From Gemmatimonadota bacterium (lineage in GTDB: Bacteria; Gemmatimonadota; Gemmatimonadetes; Gemmatimonadales; Gemmatimonadaceae), in the NCBI GenBank assembly GCA_031372565.1, contig JANMLN010000064.1:1-33914 (forward strand): DNA of 33,914 nucleotides. Direction: 5' to 3'. The position numbers were made by a program, and so were the translations under genes. This document shows, piece by piece, positions 11,835 through 19,773 of this stretch. The number at the start of each line of letters is the position of its first letter. Position 1 is the stretch's first letter. The notes under the pieces were generated by a model. That model did not search any database and was not told the DNA's origin. It was given only the letters and a program-made list of their open reading frames with translations.

Positions 11835-11950
11835 ACCTATAAGTTGTTCAATAGCATGATGTTACAGAGAATCAGCGGATACGGGAACTGAACGACATGA
11901 TCTGGCTAGATAGGCTCGCATGGAGCAGGCGATCCCCTTTCGAGGCGCAG

Positions 11951-12763
11951 ATGAGTGAGGCGGATGGAATGAGCAATCCTGGTGCGGCCTCGATGACCGC
12001 GGCTTCCCCGGCGTCTGGGGGAGATACTGAAACCGAAGGTACGCCGAAAATCGTGCACCGCCATCATGCGATCGTGCGAGTGACGCACTGGGTCAACGCG
12101 GTGGCGTTGGTGGTCATGATCGGGTCGGGGCTCCGCATCTACAATGCGTCGCCGGGGTTCGCGCCGAAGGGCAACAGTTTTTGCTGCTGGCCCTGGGAGG
12201 GGGTGGCGGTTCCGGCGTGGACGACCTTTGGCGGATGGCTGGGCGGGGCGCGGCATTGGCATTTCGCGGCCATGTGGGCGCTGGTGGTCAACGGCCTCGT
12301 GTACCTCGGCTTCATCTGGCTGCATGGGGAGTGGCGCGACCTGGTCCCGAGGCGCGGCTTCCTGCGCGACAGCATCGCGATGGTGCGCTTCTACTTATGG
12401 GTGAGCAAGGAGCATCCGCGACAGGGCAAGCACAACGCGCTGCAGCGCGGCGCCTACTTCGTCATGCCGTACGTGGCGGCGGCGAGCGTGATCACCGGTC
12501 TGGCCATCTGGAAGCCGGTGCAGTTGGGCTGGCTGACCGCGCTCATGGGCGGCTACCATTGGGCGCGCTGGTGGCACTTCATGGCCATGGCGGCGCTCGT
12601 GGTGCTCACCGTGGGCCACGTGTTCATGGTCTTCGCGGTCGATCCGTACAGCCTGCGGTCGATGATCACCGGCGGGTACAATCCGGCCAGGAGTCCCGAG
12701 GAGCGGAACGCGCGTCCGTTCGTGAATCTGTTCGCGCGCGGCACACCCAAGGAGGACGCATGA
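11951..12763 (+). CDS. Di-heme cytochrome b membrane subunit (Ni/Fe-hydrogenase cyt b / YdhU-like)
   Basis: VRVTHWVNA, RHWHF, GKHNALQR, RWWHF, GHVFM, LRSMITG; four TM helices; start uncertain (11951, 11969 or 11993). Confidence 0.85.
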   Translation: MSEADGMSNPGAASMTAASPASGGDTETEGTPKIVHRHHAIVRVTHWVNAVALVVMIGSGLRIYNASPGFAPKGNSFCCWPWEGVAVPAWTTFGGWLGGARHWHFAAMWALVVNGLVYLGFIWLHGEWRDLVPRRGFLRDSIAMVRFYLWVSKEHPRQGKHNALQRGAYFVMPYVAAASVITGLAIWKPVQLGWLTALMGGYHWARWWHFMAMAALVVLTVGHVFMVFAVDPYSLRSMITGGYNPARSPEERNARPFVNLFARGTPKEDA

Positions 12764-13527
12764 GCCCCGATCGTTGGGCGGGGGCTCCCCGCCGGTTGCG
12801 GCCGCTCGTGGAACCGACCGATCGGCGCGGGTTCTTCCGCACCGCGAGCGGACTGCTCGTGACCGGCAGCTTCCTGGCGGCGTGCGACAGCGAGGGTCCG
12901 CAGCGCGCGGGGCAATTGTTGGCCTACGCGGAGAAGAAGAACGAGGGGATCGAGCGGGCGCTCTTTCAGCACACCTCGATCGGGTCGGCGCCGGCGTCGG
13001 TGAAGTCCGCGGGCGGCGAGTTTCCGAGCTATCACATCAGCGACAGTGCGCCGCTCTGGGATGAAGCTGCACGGGGAGCCTGGCGGCTCGAGGTCAACGG
13101 CCTCGTGGCGCGACCGCTCAGCCTGTCGCTCGATGATCTGCGGCGCATGCCGCTCGTGACGCAGCGCGTGCCGCACTTCTGCGTGGAAGGCTGGACGGCG
13201 GTGGCGGAGTTCACGGGCGTGCGGGTCTCGAGCATCGCGCAGGTTGCGGGAGCCAGGCCGGACGGGGCGTGCGTGGATTTCGCGTCGTTCGACGACGGGT
13301 ATCACGAGAGCTGGGACCGCGAAAGCTCGGAGCACCCCCAGGCGCTGATCGTGATCGCCAAGGATGGCCAGCCGTTGTCGCCCGCGTACGGCGCGCCGGC
13401 GCGGGTCCATGCCCCCGTGAAGCTGGGCTACAAGAACACCAAGTACCTGACGACCATCACGTACATGCCCGAGCGCAACGGCGGGTACTGGACCGACAAG
13501 GGCTACGAGTGGTACGGCGGGACGTGA
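12760..13527 (+). CDS. Molybdopterin-dependent oxidoreductase (sulfite oxidase/MsrP-like family), Tat lipoprotein
   Basis: ATG 12760 after GGAGG; DRRGFF Tat motif plus LAAC lipobox; HFCVEGW, YGAPAR, KLGYKNTK, GGYWTDKGY. Confidence 0.88.
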   Translation: MSPDRWAGAPRRLRPLVEPTDRRGFFRTASGLLVTGSFLAACDSEGPQRAGQLLAYAEKKNEGIERALFQHTSIGSAPASVKSAGGEFPSYHISDSAPLWDEAARGAWRLEVNGLVARPLSLSLDDLRRMPLVTQRVPHFCVEGWTAVAEFTGVRVSSIAQVAGARPDGACVDFASFDDGYHESWDRESSEHPQALIVIAKDGQPLSPAYGAPARVHAPVKLGYKNTKYLTTITYMPERNGGYWTDKGYEWYGGT

Positions 13528-13596
13528 GGTAAGCGCCCGAGGGTCGCGGGTGGCCGCGGGGGCGATCGGCGGTGGCGAGGGGGAAGGGAACACATG

Positions 13597-13647
13597 GTGA
13601 CTTTGTGCGGTAAAGCACTTGACCTCCGTCCCCAACCCTTCGAGATT
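13597..13647 (+). promoter_or_regulatory. Promoter with adjacent imperfect inverted repeat (candidate operator)
   Basis: GTGACTTTGTGCGGTAAAGCAC (13597-13618) abuts TTGACC (13619-24) - 17 bp - GAGATT (13642-47). Confidence 0.5.
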
Positions 13648-13654
13648 CCCGCGC

Positions 13655-14269
13655 ATGCGACCCACGCATCTCCGTCGTGTTCCTGATCGCGAGGAACCGC
13701 CTGCGCTCCATCGTCAAGCGATGGACAACTTGCGGTTCATTCGTGAGACGCTGGATCGGGCGACGTCGTTCACCGCCGTTTCGGGGTGGGGCTTGGTCCT
13801 CGTCGGCGTGCTCGCGTGCGGCTTCGCGCTCTTTGCACGGTGGCGCGCCACCCCCGCCGCATTCGTCGCGACCTGGCTCGTCGCGGCCATCGTGTGTCTC
13901 GGGCTTTCGGTCGCGCTCTCGGCGCGCAAGTCGCACCGACTGGGACTGTCGATCACCACCGGCGCGGGGCGGAAGTTCATCGTCGCGTTCTTGCCGACCA
14001 TGATTGCCGGCGCCTTCCTGACCTTCGCCGCCGCGGCCGCCGGGCAGACGTCGCACCTCGCCGGCATGTGGCTGCTGCTGTACGGCGCGTCGGTCGTCGC
14101 GGCGGGGTCGAATTCCGTGCCGCTCGTGCCGGCGATGGGGATCTCGTTCATGGTGCTCGGTGCCGCTGCGCTGGTCGCACCGGCCTGGGGCAACTGGTTC
14201 ATGGCGATGGGCTTTGGCGGCGTCCATGTCGTGTACGGCACGGCGATCGCGGTGCGTCACGGTGGGTAA
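13655..14269 (+). CDS. Integral membrane protein of unknown function
   Basis: AMDNLRFIRETL amphipathic N-terminus followed by about six TM helices; GMWLLLYG, GFGGVHVVYG. Confidence 0.8.
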   Translation: MRPTHLRRVPDREEPPALHRQAMDNLRFIRETLDRATSFTAVSGWGLVLVGVLACGFALFARWRATPAAFVATWLVAAIVCLGLSVALSARKSHRLGLSITTGAGRKFIVAFLPTMIAGAFLTFAAAAAGQTSHLAGMWLLLYGASVVAAGSNSVPLVPAMGISFMVLGAAALVAPAWGNWFMAMGFGGVHVVYGTAIAVRHGG

Positions 14270-14657
14270 GGCCAGCGGGTCCTCGAGTGCGCGCGTGCGG
14301 CGCAGCGGGCCGCATGCGGCGCCCAAGCTCGCTCCGTTGCCGGGCGAGCTCCCGGGCGGCGGCGCGATGGCGCTGGATCGCCTCATTCATGAGCGGCTCC
14401 GCCTCGGCATCGTCAGCATCCTGGCGGCGCACGAAACGCTGACCTTCAACGAACTCAAGCAGTTGCTCCACTCGACCGATGGCAACCTCAGCGTGCATGC
14501 CCGCAAGCTCGAGGAAGCCGGCTATGTCACGTGCACCAAGTCGTTCGTCGGACGCATGCCGAAGACCGAGTACCGGCTCTCCGCCGCAGGGCGCCTGGCG
14601 CTCGACCGATACCTCAACCACATGGAAGCGCTGATCGAGGCCACGCGGGTGCGCTGA
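14262..14657 (+). CDS. Winged-helix transcriptional regulator (HTH_34 / ArsR-MarR-like)
   Basis: LDRLIHERLRLGIVSIL, TDGNLSVHARKLEEAGYV, PKTEYRL; start GTG 14262 or ATG 14367. Confidence 0.88.
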   Translation: MGKASGSSSARVRRSGPHAAPKLAPLPGELPGGGAMALDRLIHERLRLGIVSILAAHETLTFNELKQLLHSTDGNLSVHARKLEEAGYVTCTKSFVGRMPKTEYRLSAAGRLALDRYLNHMEALIEATRVR

Positions 14658-14708
14658 CGCGCACATCCCGCGCTCCTTCTGTCGTTCGCCTTCGTCCTCC
14701 CATCCCGC

Positions 14709-15455
14709 ATGCTGACTCCTCTCGCGACGCCCCCCGCCGGTTTGCACCTGGCGATCATCATGGATGGCAACGGCCGCTGGGCCAGTGCGCGCGGTCGTCC
14801 GCGCGCGGCGGGCCACGTGGTCGGGGCGCGCAAGGCGCGCGAGATGGTGGAGGTCGCGAGTCATCACGGCATCGGCACGATGACGCTCTACGCCTTCTCC
14901 GCCGACAACTGGGCCCGCCCACGCCGAGAGGTCGTGACGCTCATGCGCCTCTTCCGTCGGACGATTCTCGCGGAACAGGAGCGGTGCATCACGACCGGCG
15001 TGCGACTGATCTTCATCGGCCGTCGCGATCGCCTGCCGCACGAGCTGCTGCACACGATCGAAGCGGCCGAAGCGGCCACCGCCGGTGGACGCAAGCTGCT
15101 GCTGCGCGTTGCCCTCGACTACGGCGCACGCGACACGATCGAGCGTGTGATCGCCATGGCGCGCGCCATCGAGGGGCCCGTGTCGCGCGAGATGGTCTCG
15201 GAGTTGATCGGCCGCGCCGATCACTCGGGGGGACCGGCACCGGATGTGGACTTGCTGGTGCGCACGGGCGGCGAGCAACGGCTCTCCGATTTCCTCCTGT
15301 GGGAGTGCGCGTACGCCGAGTTGATCTTCACGCGCCGGATGTGGCCGGATTTCTCCGAGGAGGATCTGGTGCTCGCGCTCAAGGAGTTCCACTCGCGGCA
15401 TCGCCGATTCGGCGCGATCGACGAGCCGGACGAAGAGCAGGCGCGTACGGCCTGA
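14709..15455 (+). CDS. uppS: cis-prenyltransferase (undecaprenyl/polyprenyl diphosphate synthase)
   Basis: HLAIIMDGNGRWA, LYAFSADNWARP, RTGGEQRLSDFLLWECAYAEL, WPDF. Confidence 0.93.
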   Translation: MLTPLATPPAGLHLAIIMDGNGRWASARGRPRAAGHVVGARKAREMVEVASHHGIGTMTLYAFSADNWARPRREVVTLMRLFRRTILAEQERCITTGVRLIFIGRRDRLPHELLHTIEAAEAATAGGRKLLLRVALDYGARDTIERVIAMARAIEGPVSREMVSELIGRADHSGGPAPDVDLLVRTGGEQRLSDFLLWECAYAELIFTRRMWPDFSEEDLVLALKEFHSRHRRFGAIDEPDEEQARTA

Positions 15456-15537
15456 AGACAGGCCGTGCCGTCGCGTCGCAGCACGACGCGCCGTCATCAG
15501 CCGCGTGCATTGCACGCCACGCCCCAACCTTCTCGTA

Positions 15538-15565
15538 TTGACGAAACCTTCCGATTCAGTAGATT
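15538..15565 (+). promoter_or_regulatory. Sigma70-type promoter of nhaR-like gene
   Basis: TTGACG (15538-43) - 16 bp - TAGATT (15560-65), 8 nt before the ATG. Confidence 0.55.
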
Positions 15566-15573
15566 TTCTGGAT

Positions 15574-16464
15574 ATGGAATGGCTCAACTATCATCATCTG
15601 CTCTACTTCTACGTCGTCGCACGAGAAGGGAGCGTGGCTCGCGCCAGCGAAACCCTCGAGCTCGCGCAGCCGACCATCTCCGGACAGATCCACGCCCTTG
15701 AGCGCGCCATCGGCCACAAGCTGTTCGCGCGAAGTGGCCGCAATCTCGTCCTGACCGAAACCGGCAAGATGGCGTACCGGTACGCGGAGGAGATCTTCAC
15801 GCTCGGTCGAGAGCTCTCCGATACGCTCAAGGGGCGTGCGGCCGGATCCGTCTCGCGGCTGTCGGTCGGTATCGCGGACGTGATCCCCAAGCTGGTGATT
15901 CACCGGCTCATCTCGCCGGCGCTGCAGGGAGCCGAGCGACGCGTCGTGCTGCGCGATGGCAAGCCGGAGGCGCTCGTGGCCGATCTGGCCATCCACTCGC
16001 TCGATCTCGTGATCACTGACGCGCCGGTCGCGCCGACGATCAAGGTGCGGACCTTCAACCAGCAGCTGCACGAGGGAACGGTCACCATCTTTGCGGCGGG
16101 CAAGTTGCACGCGCGCGCGCTGCGCAACTTTCCCGAGTCGCTCAACGGCATGCCGTTTCTCATGCCGACGGACAACGCGCAACTGCGCCGCTCGCTCGAC
16201 CAGTGGTTTGCCGAGCGGAACTGGCGTCCGGAGATCATCGGCGAATTCGAGGACAGTGCGGTGCTCAAGTCGTTCGGCATGGAGGGCGAAGGGGTGTTCG
16301 CCGCGCCGACGCTCGTGGCCGAGGAGGTCAAGCAGCACTACAAGGTGAAGGCGGTGGGGGTGCTCGACGGCGTGAAGGATCGGCTCTATGCGATCACGCT
16401 CGATCGGAAGGTGCGCAACACGGCCGTGCTCGCGATCATCGAGAACGCCAAGAAGCTCGGGTAG
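15574..16464 (+). CDS. nhaR: LysR-family regulator, NhaR-like
   Basis: MEWLNYHHLLYFYVVAREGS, QPTISGQI, YAEEIFTLGREL, VGIADVIPK, GEFEDSA. Confidence 0.85.
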   Translation: MEWLNYHHLLYFYVVAREGSVARASETLELAQPTISGQIHALERAIGHKLFARSGRNLVLTETGKMAYRYAEEIFTLGRELSDTLKGRAAGSVSRLSVGIADVIPKLVIHRLISPALQGAERRVVLRDGKPEALVADLAIHSLDLVITDAPVAPTIKVRTFNQQLHEGTVTIFAAGKLHARALRNFPESLNGMPFLMPTDNAQLRRSLDQWFAERNWRPEIIGEFEDSAVLKSFGMEGEGVFAAPTLVAEEVKQHYKVKAVGVLDGVKDRLYAITLDRKVRNTAVLAIIENAKKLG

Positions 16465-16560
16465 CCTGCGCCGTCGGTCGCGCGGGATGGTGGCCAGTGC
16501 GCATGACGCGTGCTGGCCACGCGTGTTCCGGGCGTCGTTCAGACGTCGGTCAGACGCGCA

Positions 16561-17700
16561 CTACGCGCGGTTCATCAGCGTCGCGAACGCGAGGCGCACG
16601 AGGTCGCGCGCGGCGTCGGGGGTCGCGGCCACGGCGGAGAGGTGGCCCATCTTGCGGCCCGGTCGCGCCCCCGGCTTGCCGTACAGGTGCACGCGGACCC
16701 CAGGCATCGCCCATGCGCGCGTGAAATCAGGGGCGCCGTTGGCCCAGCAGTCGCCGAGCAGATTGTGAATGGCGGCTGGCACGAGCGTGGTGGGTGTCTC
16801 GAGCGGGAGGCCGCAGACCGCGCGCACCAGCTGCTCGAACTGACTCACCGACGCGCCGCGCTCGGTCTGGTGGAGGGTATTGTGCGGTCGTGGCGCGGTT
16901 TCATTCACCAACAGGCGGCCGTCCGTGGTGATGAACAGCTCGATCGCGAGCAGTCCCACGATGCCGAGTTGCGCCGTGATGGCCTGCGCGAGCGCGATGG
17001 CGTCGCGCGTGCGCGCCGCGTCGATGGGGGCCGGTGCGACCGACCAGGTGAGGATGCCATCGTCGTGGTGGTTGAGCGAGGGGGGGAAACTCGCCATGCT
17101 CCCGTCGGCACTGCGCGCCGTCATGACCGAGATCTCCGTGGCGATCTCGAGGAACTGCTCGACGACGCACGTGGACGCGCCGATGTGCGTGAAGGCTGCC
17201 GCACCGCCTTCGGGATCGCGCACGCGCACCTGGCCGCGGCCGTCGTAGCCGCCCATGCTCGCCTTGACGATGCACGGCGCCAGCGCACGCACCGCCTCCG
17301 CACACGCCTCCGCGCTGTGCACCACGCGCATCGGTCCCACCGGGAAGCCGTGCGCGTCGAGCCACCCCTTCTGGCGGGCGCGATCCTGCACGGTGTAGAC
17401 GGCGTCTGCCGACGGATGCACCGGCGCGTGGCGGGCCGCCGCGGCCAGCGCCTCGCGCGGCACCTGCTCGATCTCGAGCGTGACCACCTGCACCCGCGAG
17501 GCGAACTCCTCGGCTGCGGCCACGTCGGCGTAGGGGGCGGTCACGGTCCGCGACGCGATGGCGCGCGCGGCGCAGGCCGGATCGGGATCGAGCACGTGCA
17601 CGTCATAGCCCATGGCGCGCGCGGCCATGCCGGTCAGGCGTCCGAGCTGACCACCGCCCACGATGCCGATGGTCGCACCGGGGAGAATCGGGGTCGTCAT
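16561..17700 (-). CDS. purK: N5-carboxyaminoimidazole ribonucleotide synthase
   Basis: IGIVGGGQLGR, GGYDGRGQ, NETAPRPHN, SQFEQ, HLYGK...RKMGH; start ATG 17700. Confidence 0.95.
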   Translation of the reverse strand: MTTPILPGATIGIVGGGQLGRLTGMAARAMGYDVHVLDPDPACAARAIASRTVTAPYADVAAAEEFASRVQVVTLEIEQVPREALAAAARHAPVHPSADAVYTVQDRARQKGWLDAHGFPVGPMRVVHSAEACAEAVRALAPCIVKASMGGYDGRGQVRVRDPEGGAAAFTHIGASTCVVEQFLEIATEISVMTARSADGSMASFPPSLNHHDDGILTWSVAPAPIDAARTRDAIALAQAITAQLGIVGLLAIELFITTDGRLLVNETAPRPHNTLHQTERGASVSQFEQLVRAVCGLPLETPTTLVPAAIHNLLGDCWANGAPDFTRAWAMPGVRVHLYGKPGARPGRKMGHLSAVAATPDAARDLVRLAFATLMNRA

Positions 17701-17707
17701 GCGTGCC

Positions 17708-18208
17708 CTAGTCGAGCGCGGAGCCGCGCGCCTCGGCGGCCTTGGCGTCGCGTCGCGCCTGCAACTGCGCGCGCAACGTGGGGCGCGTGCTCGCGAGGAT
17801 CTGCGCGGCCAGCAGTGCCGCGTTGATCGCGCCGGGCTTGCCGATCGCGAGCGTGCCGACGGGGACGCCGGCGGGCATCTGCACGATGGAGAGCAGCGCA
17901 TCGTTGCCATTGAGCGCGGTGGCGGGAATCGGCACACCGAGCACGGGAACCAGCGTCTTGGCAGCGACCATCCCGGGCAGGTGGGCCGCACCGCCGGCGC
18001 CCGCGATGATCACCTGCAGCCCGCGTCCTTCGGCGGTGGCCGCATACGCGAACATGTCGTCCGGCGTGCGATGGGCCGAGACGACCTTCTTCTCGTAGGC
18101 GATGCCGAGCTCGTCGAGCACATCACAGGCGTGCTGCATCACGTCGTAGTCGGAGGACGATCCCATGATGACGCCGACGAGCGGTGCGCGCACGAGCGGT
18201 GTGCTCAC
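17708..18208 (-). CDS. purE: N5-CAIR mutase
   Basis: [41 protein letters not shown] start overlaps the icd stop. Confidence 0.96.
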   Translation of the reverse strand: MSTPLVRAPLVGVIMGSSSDYDVMQHACDVLDELGIAYEKKVVSAHRTPDDMFAYAATAEGRGLQVIIAGAGGAAHLPGMVAAKTLVPVLGVPIPATALNGNDALLSIVQMPAGVPVGTLAIGKPGAINAALLAAQILASTRPTLRAQLQARRDAKAAEARGSALD

Positions 18209-19662
18209 GACTGCCCCTGGGCCTTGGTGAAGCCGTCCACACCGTCGAAGACTTGCAGCTTCTCCACGTGCATCCACGGGGCCACGGCGGCGACGCGCGT
18301 GAGCAGGTCGAGCAGCGTGGCGTCCTCGACGGGCTGGCCATCCACGCGCACGAAGCGGCAGCGCCACACGTCCACGGCATCGGTCGCGGCGGCACCGGTG
18401 GCCGGATAGACCTGCGTGCCGCGGTTCGAGATCATGACGAGCTTGAGCGCGGAATCCGCGACGGCTGCTTCGATCGTGGGGCCGAGGGTGATGGCATCGG
18501 TATCGGCTTCGACGAAGACATCCGCGCCAATGACGCTGCGGTCGCGTGCCTTCACGAGCGCCGCAGGGGTAATGGCCGGCGGGAAGCGCAGCGGCGTGCC
18601 CGAGCGCACCAGCCAGTTGTCCGTCTTCCTGCCGAGGTTGGCGATGATGGCGTCGGCAAAGGCGCTGGTGCCGACGGCGGGCTTGCCGCGCGCCAGGTCG
18701 ATCGTGTGAACGCCGGCCTCGAGCGTCACGAGGACCGCGTTCTCGATCCGGTTGGCGTGTTCGAAGAGCCCCAGGTAGCGGAGCATCATGACCGCCGACA
18801 GGAGGAGGGCGGTGGGATTCGCCTTGTCCTGCCCGGCGATGGCGGGCGCCGTGCCGTGGACCGCCTCGAAGATGGCGCAGTCGGCGCCCATGTTCGCGCT
18901 TGGCGCGAAGCCGAGGCCACCGCCCAGCCCGGAGGCCAGGTCGGAGAGGATGTCGCCATTCATGTTGGTCATCACGATCACGCCGAACTGCTCGGGCGCG
19001 ATGACGAGCTGATGGGCGCAGTTGTCCACCAGCATCTGCTCGGCGGTGATGTCCGGGTACTCGGGCGCGATGTCGTCGAAGGTGTGCTGCAGCATCCCCT
19101 CGGAGAGCTTGAGGATGTTGGCCTTGGTCGCACAGGTGACCTTCTGGCGTCCCTCACTGCGCGCGACCTCGAAGGCGAGGCGCACGATCTTCTCGCATCC
19201 CTTGCGCGAGACGACCTTGAGGGACTGCGCGACCCCCGGTGTCTGCATGTGCTCGATGCCGCCGTAGAGGTCCTCGACGTTCTCGCGCACGATCTGGAGG
19301 TCGACGCCGCGCCCCGCAAAGACGGTCGGCACGCCGGGCAACTCGCGCACCGGGCGCAGATTGCCATACGTCTCGAAGAGTTTGCGCAGCGTGACGTTGG
19401 CGCTCTTTTCGCCCTTGCCGATGGGGGTGGCGAGCGGACCCTTCAGCACGCACCGATGGCGCGCGATCGCGTCGATCGTTTCGCGCGGGACGCCGGAGGC
19501 GACCCCTTTCCTGAAGGCCTCGCCCCCCGCGATGCCATTCTCGAAATCGAGTGGGGCCCCGGCTTCCTGCAGGATGCGGACGGTCGCGCCGACGACTTCG
19601 GGACCGATGCCGTCCCCGGGGAGGACGGCGATGGTGCGGCGGGCGGGAGCGGACGCAGTCAC
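18205..19662 (-). CDS. icd: Isocitrate dehydrogenase (isocitrate/isopropylmalate DH family with C-terminal extension)
   Basis: [45 protein letters not shown]-terminal ISNRG...WRCRF...EKL domain; start GTG 19662. Confidence 0.9.
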   Translation of the reverse strand: MTASAPARRTIAVLPGDGIGPEVVGATVRILQEAGAPLDFENGIAGGEAFRKGVASGVPRETIDAIARHRCVLKGPLATPIGKGEKSANVTLRKLFETYGNLRPVRELPGVPTVFAGRGVDLQIVRENVEDLYGGIEHMQTPGVAQSLKVVSRKGCEKIVRLAFEVARSEGRQKVTCATKANILKLSEGMLQHTFDDIAPEYPDITAEQMLVDNCAHQLVIAPEQFGVIVMTNMNGDILSDLASGLGGGLGFAPSANMGADCAIFEAVHGTAPAIAGQDKANPTALLLSAVMMLRYLGLFEHANRIENAVLVTLEAGVHTIDLARGKPAVGTSAFADAIIANLGRKTDNWLVRSGTPLRFPPAITPAALVKARDRSVIGADVFVEADTDAITLGPTIEAAVADSALKLVMISNRGTQVYPATGAAATDAVDVWRCRFVRVDGQPVEDATLLDLLTRVAAVAPWMHVEKLQVFDGVDGFTKAQGQS

Positions 19663-19773
19663 GGAAGGGTGGGGCTCGAGGCGATCGTGCAGAGGGAACC
19701 GACGTGCGCCGAAAGCTACCGCGCGATGGGCGCGGAGAAAACTCGCGCAGGCCCAGCCGCTTAGCTTGCGCTC

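Noticed and set aside
11746..11950. oriC
   Set aside because: Only one perfect DnaA box seen, no box cluster, and no dnaA, dnaN or gidA nearby.
12181..12759. Long N-terminal extension of the Mo-oxidoreductase, or a frameshift fusion with cytochrome b
   Set aside because: The extension overlaps the cytochrome b gene in another frame; ATG 12760 has GGAGG, an ATGA overlap and a Tat signal directly after it.
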